From positions 32,001 through 96,000 of the IMG/VR virus record IMGVR_UViG_3300047564_005910: a stretch of DNA of 64,000 bases; one strand, given 5' to 3'. The notes below the pieces were generated by a model that worked only from the letters and a program-made list of their open reading frames with translations, was not told where the DNA came from and ran no database searches. The position numbers and the translations under genes are program-made. The DNA comes from a virus. Of this stretch, positions 19,057-26,388 are shown piece by piece (position 1 is the stretch's first letter; each line of letters starts with the position of its first letter).

Positions 19057-20880
19057 CTAGTATTCTAGAACTTGATACGTTATATTTTTTGTTTCAAGCT
19101 CAACTTTATTTACAATATAATCAATGTTGTAAAAGTACACAAACTCAAAATCTTTTACTTTATAGTTAGTACTAACAACTTGTTTATCTCTTTCCGGGTA
19201 TGTTGGGTTCCAAACAAAAAACGATAAACCTGATGTAATAATTGTTTGTTCGTCTTCTGTTACTCTTTGTGTGTAAACATCAGACACCCCATCGATAGAA
19301 ACGATATCACTATATAGCTGTCTTAAGTCGAGCAATTCCCCGAACATTCTACTGGATGTAAAGAAACTTTTAATAACCTCTATTACCCTATTTTTAATAT
19401 AACTATCATCTATAGCTACATTTAGATCTCTTTTTATAACTAATTTACAGCTTTGTTCATTTTCTAAGTCAATATCCCCAAAAGTATTTGTTACGCCAAA
19501 TGTTATAGCTTTATAAACAGGGTCTACAAAAACAATTTCTGAGGTTGAAGTTTTACGTTCTTGTAATGCATCGATTATTAATTGTTTTAAACTAGGTTGT
19601 ACAAAGTTAACTGTACCGTTTTGTAGTCTTGGGGCTAATAAGATATAAATGTTGTTAAAATTACATGAATCTGCAAAATAAATTTGATTAAAAAGCGGTC
19701 TATCGGTTTTATCTAAATCTTGTAACCCGATATCTTTATAGTACTTCAAATACGTTGTTAGGTAGGTCCAGTTGTTTATAACTTTTACATCCGTTAAGAG
19801 GTAAGAGTATCTTTCTCTTATAAAAGATTCATAATCAGTTAGAGAGACAAGTCTGTTAGCAGACCGAAAACTTTTTGGTGCGTTTGTACGAATTTCTTCA
19901 ACGTCTTCTGCAGATGAAAATGGAGTCGATCCTTGCGGGTTTGATAGAATAAAGTTATTTGCTAAATTTGAATTTAAGCTATTAAGTTGTTGTTTTTGGG
20001 TGTCATTGTATACCTGATTAAACAACGGGGTATTAAAGATGTTTAATGATGTTTGGCGTAATGCGTAAGGACCGACCTCACCTAATTTACCGGTGCTTGC
20101 TAAATAATAAACCTGTACAATATCTCCTTCGTTTAGTTTATTACCGTATATGCTATTACCAAATTTTAATTCTATTTGTTTATATTCGTTTACTCTTGGT
20201 TCGAATACCATAGACGTATTTGTTTCGTAAAAAATGTTAGCAGTACGTTCATATTTTATATATGAATTTTGAGCTTTAGGTTTTATATAAACGTCTAAAT
20301 TATTGTAATCAACAATATCTTTAGTATTAATTACAAACGTTTCAAAATTTTCCCCTGTAGCTACAAACGCTGGGTGTTCAATCCAAGTACCTTCAAATAA
20401 AAGTTTACGTCGGGATAAGTCTTCTAAATAAACAACTCCTTCTTGTGGTTTGTAAAAATTTACATCTTCAACAAACGAATAACGAGTACGGTTTGTAAAA
20501 ACATAACTATAACGAGGTATAGTGTAGCTACCTATAGGTAAAAAGCTTTTAGCTGATGCTTCAAAAGAAAGAGTTGCTGTCTGATCCCCTACAGGTTTGT
20601 AATTAATAAGTTTTACAATACGATTTATATTTTCATATAACTCCGCTTCAGAAAACAATGTTTCGGTGGAAGTTTTATTTAGGTAATATATTAATGTATG
20701 ATAAGAATACGATATGATATCAATAATTGAAGCAAGATTACTACCTATATAGTTTTGATCTGTAAAATTACTGTTTTCACTTAATCTGTCTATGATTAAC
20801 TGTCTTAATGATAGAGCGTCAAACGCAGCGTAGCCGTTTTTAGGGATTGTAAAGTCTGATTGTATTTGCTGATCTTTCAT
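19057..20880 (-). CDS. gp6: Baseplate wedge subunit, T4 gp6-like
   Basis: FTDQNYIGSNLASIIDIISY, LKFGNSIYGNKL, EDVEEIRTNAP...NRLVSLTDYE motifs; adjacent to gp25. Confidence 0.9.
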   Translation of the reverse strand: MKDQQIQSDFTIPKNGYAAFDALSLRQLIIDRLSENSNFTDQNYIGSNLASIIDIISYSYHTLIYYLNKTSTETLFSEAELYENINRIVKLINYKPVGDQTATLSFEASAKSFLPIGSYTIPRYSYVFTNRTRYSFVEDVNFYKPQEGVVYLEDLSRRKLLFEGTWIEHPAFVATGENFETFVINTKDIVDYNNLDVYIKPKAQNSYIKYERTANIFYETNTSMVFEPRVNEYKQIELKFGNSIYGNKLNEGDIVQVYYLASTGKLGEVGPYALRQTSLNIFNTPLFNQVYNDTQKQQLNSLNSNLANNFILSNPQGSTPFSSAEDVEEIRTNAPKSFRSANRLVSLTDYESFIRERYSYLLTDVKVINNWTYLTTYLKYYKDIGLQDLDKTDRPLFNQIYFADSCNFNNIYILLAPRLQNGTVNFVQPSLKQLIIDALQERKTSTSEIVFVDPVYKAITFGVTNTFGDIDLENEQSCKLVIKRDLNVAIDDSYIKNRVIEVIKSFFTSSRMFGELLDLRQLYSDIVSIDGVSDVYTQRVTEDEQTIITSGLSFFVWNPTYPERDKQVVSTNYKVKDFEFVYFYNIDYIVNKVELETKNITYQVLEY

Positions 20881-20885
20881 GTTTG

Positions 20886-21383
20886 TTATTTGTTACGAGA
20901 TGTAGGTATAGAAATTATTGATTGACGTTTTAAGTCAAAGTTATAAAGTGTTTCAAAATTGGTTCTAAGTACAGGTATTTCTAAAAATATTGATATTATA
21001 TAAGCATTTTCATCAGGCTTACCATCTACTATTATTTTTCTTACAATAACTCTTGGTTCAAATTTTTTAATAGCTGTGTGCATTTTGTTACCTATCATTT
21101 GAGCTGTTGTTTCAGTTATAGGTTCGAACAAAAACTGATATAAATCTAAGCCATATTCCGGAAACAAGAATCTTTGTCCCGGTAGAGTATTGAAAAGATT
21201 TGTTAGAGAGTTAATAATAGCTTTTGTATCAAAACTAGCTTGAATATCGGAACCAGGAACCGAGTTTTCGAAGCCCGGTTGTATTATTTTTGTTTGAGAA
21301 ACATCTAAGGTTAAATCTTTATAAAAGAAGTCCGTATTGATCTCGGTTGCTATTTTTTCAAGAGTCTGTATTTTGATAGCCAT
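20886..21383 (-). CDS. gp25: Baseplate wedge subunit / sheath initiator, gp25-like
   Basis: AIINSLTNLFNTLPGQRFLFPEYG...LFEP...IKKFEPRV GPW/gp25 signature. Confidence 0.92.
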   Translation of the reverse strand: MAIKIQTLEKIATEINTDFFYKDLTLDVSQTKIIQPGFENSVPGSDIQASFDTKAIINSLTNLFNTLPGQRFLFPEYGLDLYQFLFEPITETTAQMIGNKMHTAIKKFEPRVIVRKIIVDGKPDENAYIISIFLEIPVLRTNFETLYNFDLKRQSIISIPTSRNK

Positions 21384-21393
21384 TTTACACTAT

Positions 21394-21418
21394 TATTTAG
21401 GGCTAGAACACATAAATA
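21394..21418. promoter_or_regulatory. Divergent pair of T4-like late promoters (TAAATA)
   Basis: tattta at 21394-21399 (minus, 10 nt before the gp25 ATG) and taaata at 21413-21418 (plus, 12 nt before the ATG at 21431). Confidence 0.7.
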
Positions 21419-21421
21419 ATA

Positions 21422-21985
21422 ATGATTCACATGGAAACACAATTTAATCTTTTATACGAGAATTTACTAGAACGTTATCAACAAGGTGGGTATCTAATCG
21501 GGGATCGTGTTAGATTTCGCAAAGATTGTCTTAATCTTGAGTTCTTTAAAGGTAAGGCTAAAGGGTTTATTGATTTAATAAGAAGTTGTATGGATGAAAA
21601 CTTTGATCTTAATTTAAGAATTAGTGCTCTAAAAAGTATTTACCCTACAACAACCCAAAACTATCGCGGCGGGACTGAATCTCCAGATTGTGTCTACGCT
21701 GATGTAATAATAGAGTACGCCCCTGGTTTATATCGCAACCCGATGACAGTACCTATTGAATCGTTTGAATTAATGGAAGATGGCGTTAATACAGGGCCAG
21801 TACCTGATAGTATTAAGCGTAAAGGAGATATCGATATTAAACCAGTACCGGTTAGTACAAAAGGTACAGAAAATTTTGAAGTAAATCTCACTAACAAAAA
21901 TACACAATTGCCAGGGGGTAGTAGATACAACGATTCAAAGCCATCGGCTAATTGGAAACCTCTTCCAAAGAATAAAAAGCACTAA
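21422..21985 (+). CDS. Hypothetical late protein (likely start 21431)
   Basis: ORF track; TAAATA upstream favours the second ATG; N-terminal FNLLYENLLERY; IGDRVRF suggests an SH3-like barrel. Confidence 0.65.
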   Translation: MIHMETQFNLLYENLLERYQQGGYLIGDRVRFRKDCLNLEFFKGKAKGFIDLIRSCMDENFDLNLRISALKSIYPTTTQNYRGGTESPDCVYADVIIEYAPGLYRNPMTVPIESFELMEDGVNTGPVPDSIKRKGDIDIKPVPVSTKGTENFEVNLTNKNTQLPGGSRYNDSKPSANWKPLPKNKKH

Positions 21986-22040
21986 TATTTGTAGCAATTC
22001 TAGCTTTTGTGGCTAAACTGGCATAAATTAATTTACATTT

Positions 22041-24029
22041 ATGGCTACATACGTTTCTGATCTTTTACCCGAACCATTTTTAAAGCAGTACCAAGATAAA
22101 ACACCACCATGGGGTTTTAATGGGTTAGGTTATATAGTGTATAAAAGAACATACGCTCGTAAATTAGAGGGTACAGATCAAACGGAAGAATGGTGGCAGA
22201 CAGTGGCTCGTTGTATTAATGGAGCACAAGAAATTGGAGCTGATTATACTCAGGCTGAAGCACAAAGGTTATACGACCTTATTTTTAATCTTAAATGCAA
22301 TTTTGCAGGGCGTATGCTTTGGCAGCTTGGTACAGAGACTGTAAAAAAGTTTGGTGCTAATTCATTACTGAATTGCTGGTATGTATCTATTAATGACCCA
22401 AAGACTTTTCTTTTTATATTTGAAAACTTAATGCTTGGTGGTGGTGTTGGCTTCTCTATTCGTAGAGAAGATATTCATGAACTACCTAAGATTAAAAAAG
22501 GAGTAACTGTAGAACATCAATGTACTAAAGACGCAGATTTTATTGTACCTGATTCTCGTTCAGGGTGGGTTGAATTACTTCGTAAGGTGCTAGAGGCATA
22601 TTATAATACCGGTAAATCATTTTCTTATTCCACTATTCTCATAAGAGGGGCCGGTGAAAGAATAACCGGTTTTGGTGGAACAGCATCTGGACCGGGTATT
22701 TTAATTGAAGGTATCGGTAAAATTTCTCAAATACTTCAACAAAGAGAAGGTAAAAAACTTCGCTCTACCGATGTATTAGATATCTGTAATATAATTGGTT
22801 CGATTGTAGTTGCTGGAAACGTAAGACGCTCAGCACAAATAGCTTTAGGTGACCCTGATGATTATCTCTATCTTAGAGCTAAAAACTGGTCATTAGGTAA
22901 TATTCCAAACTGGAGAGCTATGTCTAATAACACGATATATGCCGATGACTTTTCCCATATTTCTAGTGAAATATGGTCTAACGGTTACGTAACTGATAAA
23001 GAAACAGGGTTTGCAAAAGGGGAACCGTATGGATTCTTTAATTTGCCTTTATCTCAAAAATATGGCCGCCTTAAAGACGGGCAAATGAAAAAGTCTAAAC
23101 TTTATCCTACTGATGAAGATAATGTTTTGGGTACTAATCCTTGTGCAGAAATTTCATTAAATTCCTATGAATGTTGCAACCTTTCAGAACTTTATCTAAA
23201 CAATATTACTTCTGCAGAAGAGTTGGTAGAATGCGCAACACTTCTTTATAAAACACAAAAAGCAACTGCGGCAATGCCGTTTATACACGACGAAACAAAT
23301 AAAATCGTTCATAAAAACATGAGATTGGGTCTCGGTGTTACAGGTATTTGTCAGTGTACTGATGAAAAAATAGAGTGGTTAGACAAAGGGTACGAAGCTT
23401 TACGTAAGTTTGATAAAGAATGGTCTAAACACAAGGGATACCCTGAATCTATTAAGTTAACCACTGTTAAACCTTCAGGTACTCTATCCCTTCTTGCAGG
23501 GTCAACACCCGGGGTACACCCGGCTTATTCGCCATTTTATATTCGCCGAGTAAGAATGGGATCTGGGGATAAACTTGTAAATATCTGTCGAGATCTTGGG
23601 TATCATGTTGAATTTGTTCGTGGCTTTGATGGTAAAGAAGATCATTCGACCATAGTTGTTGAGTTTCCGTGTTATGCGGGCGGTAATTGTGTTGTAGCTA
23701 AAAATATGACCGCAGTACAGCAGCTTGACCTTGTTAAAAAACTTCAAACTTACTGGTCTGATAATGCCGTATCAGTAACTGTATATTACAGACAGGATGA
23801 ACTTGAAGAAATTAAAGCTTGGTTGGAAGTAAATTATGAAACATCAATAAAATCAGTTTCATTTTTACTACACAACGAACACGGGTTTGCTCAAGCCCCG
23901 TACGAAGAAATAACTGAAGAAGAGTATAATAAGTCTGTTGAGAGGGTTAAATCAATAACTACAATCAATATCGGGCAAGGGGAAATTGAAAGTATGGAAT
24001 GTGTTGGCGGGGTTTGCCCTATTAAATAG
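22041..24029 (+). CDS. nrdJ: Class II (adenosylcobalamin-dependent) ribonucleotide reductase, monomeric RTPR type
   Basis: KRTYAR, AGRMLWQLG, SLLNCW, GNVRRSA, TNPCAEI, TTVKPSGTLSLL and C-terminal CVGGVCPIK redox pair; no NrdB partner nearby. Confidence 0.92.
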   Translation: MATYVSDLLPEPFLKQYQDKTPPWGFNGLGYIVYKRTYARKLEGTDQTEEWWQTVARCINGAQEIGADYTQAEAQRLYDLIFNLKCNFAGRMLWQLGTETVKKFGANSLLNCWYVSINDPKTFLFIFENLMLGGGVGFSIRREDIHELPKIKKGVTVEHQCTKDADFIVPDSRSGWVELLRKVLEAYYNTGKSFSYSTILIRGAGERITGFGGTASGPGILIEGIGKISQILQQREGKKLRSTDVLDICNIIGSIVVAGNVRRSAQIALGDPDDYLYLRAKNWSLGNIPNWRAMSNNTIYADDFSHISSEIWSNGYVTDKETGFAKGEPYGFFNLPLSQKYGRLKDGQMKKSKLYPTDEDNVLGTNPCAEISLNSYECCNLSELYLNNITSAEELVECATLLYKTQKATAAMPFIHDETNKIVHKNMRLGLGVTGICQCTDEKIEWLDKGYEALRKFDKEWSKHKGYPESIKLTTVKPSGTLSLLAGSTPGVHPAYSPFYIRRVRMGSGDKLVNICRDLGYHVEFVRGFDGKEDHSTIVVEFPCYAGGNCVVAKNMTAVQQLDLVKKLQTYWSDNAVSVTVYYRQDELEEIKAWLEVNYETSIKSVSFLLHNEHGFAQAPYEEITEEEYNKSVERVKSITTINIGQGEIESMECVGGVCPIK

Positions 24030-24525
24030 TTTCTTCGCTAATAACTTCACTATCTAAAATAGTTATAGGCTCAACTTCTTTTTCAGCTTCTAATAACTGT
24101 TTAATAATTTCTTCCCGGGAAGCGATTAAAACATTTGTATTATTAGTAACATTATTATTTGGTAACATACCAGCAACCGCTTTACGGCCTGCTATATCAA
24201 TTTCTTTTAATTCTCTATCGGTTTTTGCTTTCTTGTTTTGTAGATTAATACGATTTAACGCTTCCAATGCTTTAGTTGTCGAAGATATAAGTTCTGATAA
24301 GGCTGCTATTTCATCAGGGTTTTGTCCTTGTACTATAAAATCTTTTAAATCTTCTACCGCCCCTAAGCCTGAGTTAATTAACTTACTGGCTTTTTTAAGT
24401 ATAAATTCGTTTATATTTTCGTCTGTTAAATCGTTATTTTGTTCTGCTCTAACAGGTTTTTGAGTATTTGTCGGTAACTGAAAACTAGACAATTCATCTA
24501 GTAATGTGTTTAAATCATCTGACAT
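24022..24525 (-). CDS. gp16: Probable terminase small subunit (T4 gp16-like)
   Basis: Helical core (ALSELISSTTKALEALNRINLQ) followed by NNNVTNNTNVLIASREEIIKQL, matching the NxTNNxxFVGSTxEL tail of T4-like gp16. Confidence 0.65.
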   Translation of the reverse strand: MSDDLNTLLDELSSFQLPTNTQKPVRAEQNNDLTDENINEFILKKASKLINSGLGAVEDLKDFIVQGQNPDEIAALSELISSTTKALEALNRINLQNKKAKTDRELKEIDIAGRKAVAGMLPNNNVTNNTNVLIASREEIIKQLLEAEKEVEPITILDSEVISEETI

Positions 24526-24545
24526 AAAATTAATTAAGGTAAAAG

Positions 24546-24573
24546 TTGAATCTTTTATACAAGGTTGTATAAT
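24546..24573 (+). promoter_or_regulatory. Sigma70-like promoter TTGAAT-N16-TATAAT
   Basis: Read directly; 9 nt before the ATG at 24583. Confidence 0.7.
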
Positions 24574-24582
24574 ATATAAATT

Positions 24583-24750
24583 ATGGAAATTATAGTCAAC
24601 ACCTTATATGGTACTTATATTGTACCAGCAAGTAAAGCAGATCAATTAGTAGCGTGGCTGCAACAAAACGCTGTGAAGCAAGGTCAGCAACCTATCGGTG
24701 AAATAAAACAAGACGGAAATTACTTAGGTAAACAGCTTATTAATGAATAA
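24583..24750 (+). CDS. Small hypothetical protein (55 aa, below ORF-track cutoff)
   Basis: MEIIVNTLYGTYIVPASKADQLVAWLQQNAVKQGQQPIGEIKQDGNYLGKQLINE*; fills the gap, has its own promoter and overlaps the dUTPase start. Confidence 0.7.
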   Translation: MEIIVNTLYGTYIVPASKADQLVAWLQQNAVKQGQQPIGEIKQDGNYLGKQLINE

Positions 24751-25246
24751 TTCATTTACAACATATACATCTCCACAATACGATCCTAAATCGTTAGATC
24801 TTAGTAGTTGGAAAATAAAGTTTTTAAAAACACATACAGACGCTATTTTACCAGAAAGAAAGCATGACGATACGTTTACCGGGGATAGCGGATACGACGT
24901 AACAGCGGTAGAAGATAAAATTATTCCTGCAAGAGGAGCAGCTATCGTCGAGGTTGGCCTAAAGTTAGCTTATGTTCCTCCTGGTTTGTGGATACGGGTA
25001 GAAAGTAGATCCGGGCTGCAATTTAAACACGGAATATCTGCTTTTAACGGTATTATTGATAACTCATATCGTGGGGATTGCGGTATTCGTTTAATAAACA
25101 ATAGCGACAAAGACTATGAAGTAAAAAAGGGTGACCGTATAGCTCAATTTGTAGTCTATACTTTAGTAGCTCCGCAAACAGACTGGGCAGAAGAAGTACA
25201 AGAAACTGTGCGCGGGGAAAAAGGTTTTGGAAGTAGCGGTCGTTGA
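24743..25246 (+). CDS. dut: Trimeric dUTPase
   Basis: All five motifs: SGYDV, SRSGL, GIIDNSYRG, GDRIAQ, RGEKGFGSSG. Confidence 0.95.
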   Translation: MNNSFTTYTSPQYDPKSLDLSSWKIKFLKTHTDAILPERKHDDTFTGDSGYDVTAVEDKIIPARGAAIVEVGLKLAYVPPGLWIRVESRSGLQFKHGISAFNGIIDNSYRGDCGIRLINNSDKDYEVKKGDRIAQFVVYTLVAPQTDWAEEVQETVRGEKGFGSSGR

Positions 25247-25255
25247 TAGTATAAT
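25227..25255 (+). promoter_or_regulatory. Sigma70-like promoter TTGGAA-N17-TATAAT, 6 nt before ATG
   Basis: TATAAT at 25250-25255, then acaact, then ATG at 25262. Confidence 0.6.
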
Positions 25256-25261
25256 ACAACT

Positions 25262-26182
25262 ATGTTTGATAACCTGTATATTGAGAGATATCGCCCTAAA
25301 ACTTTAGACGATATTATTTTAACTAAAGAAGAAAAAAATTACTTTCTCTCTTTAAAAGACAAGAAAGAAATACCTCATCTTCTTTTTACAGGTTCGCCCG
25401 GGACAGGTAAAACGTCTTTAGCAAAAATATTGGTAACGGACGTCTTAAATTGTCAATACCTTTACATTAATGCTTCAGATGAGAATGGTATTGATACTAT
25501 TAGAAGTAAAGTTATAGGGTTTTCTCAAACAAAGTCCTTTGATGGGGGCTTGAAGGTTGTCTTGTTTGATGAGTGCGATTCTATAACGTTTGATGCACAA
25601 AAAGCCTTAAGAAATGTTATAGAAGAATATTCGTCTAATACTCGTTTTATTTTTACTTGTAACTATCTTTTTAAGATTATACCGGCTTTAAAATCTAGAT
25701 GTCAAGTTTTTGAATTTGCACCACCTATAGATTTGATAGTCGGTCGGGTATCTGAGATTCTCAAGACAGAAAAAATAACAGTGCCGGAGACTGAAAAAGG
25801 TAAACTAATTGAATTAGTAAGAAAAAATTACCCAGATATTAGACGTATAATTAACGACGTACAAAAATATTCGTATTCAGGATCTTTACTGATAAAAGAA
25901 AAACAAATAACAACTCTTACAGATAAAATAGTAACTTCAGTTCTTACTAAACAAAACCTATTTAGTTTACGTAAACAGATTATAGAAAATGAAGTTGAGT
26001 TTTCGAGTGACTATCATTTTCTATTAAAAGAAATGTTTGAGTGTATTTTTAATAAAGAAATCCCGGAAGATAAAAAAACTAATCTTCTTTTAACTATTTC
26101 TGAAGCGATGTATCAAGACGCTCTTGTTGTTGATAAAGAAATAAACTGGTTTAGTTGTTGTTTAAAACTTTCTTCTTACTAG
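25262..26182 (+). CDS. gp44: Sliding-clamp loader ATPase subunit (gp44 / RFC-small-like)
   Basis: ERYRPKTLDD, PHLLFTGSPGTGKTS, INASDENGIDTIR, DECD and SRC motifs. Confidence 0.93.
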   Translation: MFDNLYIERYRPKTLDDIILTKEEKNYFLSLKDKKEIPHLLFTGSPGTGKTSLAKILVTDVLNCQYLYINASDENGIDTIRSKVIGFSQTKSFDGGLKVVLFDECDSITFDAQKALRNVIEEYSSNTRFIFTCNYLFKIIPALKSRCQVFEFAPPIDLIVGRVSEILKTEKITVPETEKGKLIELVRKNYPDIRRIINDVQKYSYSGSLLIKEKQITTLTDKIVTSVLTKQNLFSLRKQIIENEVEFSSDYHFLLKEMFECIFNKEIPEDKKTNLLLTISEAMYQDALVVDKEINWFSCCLKLSSY

Positions 26183-26385
26183 CGGCCACAACATCTACTT
26201 GTTGGAGCTGCAGCTTCTTGAGTAGATGTTTGTGTTTGCTGAGTAATAAACCCTTGTACTGCCGCAGCTGCGGCTTGATGAGAGTCATATAAACCTGTTA
26301 AATGTACAGGGGTACCGGTATTAGAGTCTTTAACAACCCCGCATATTTTATTATTTACAACTTCGTACTCTACAATATATGTCAT
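26179..26385 (-). CDS. Small hypothetical protein (68 aa)
   Basis: ORF track; starts 3 nt after the 830 aa gene; its stop shares the CTAG with the convergent gp44 stop. Confidence 0.6.
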   Translation of the reverse strand: MTYIVEYEVVNNKICGVVKDSNTGTPVHLTGLYDSHQAAAAAVQGFITQQTQTSTQEAAAPTSRCCGR

Positions 26386-26388
26386 GTT

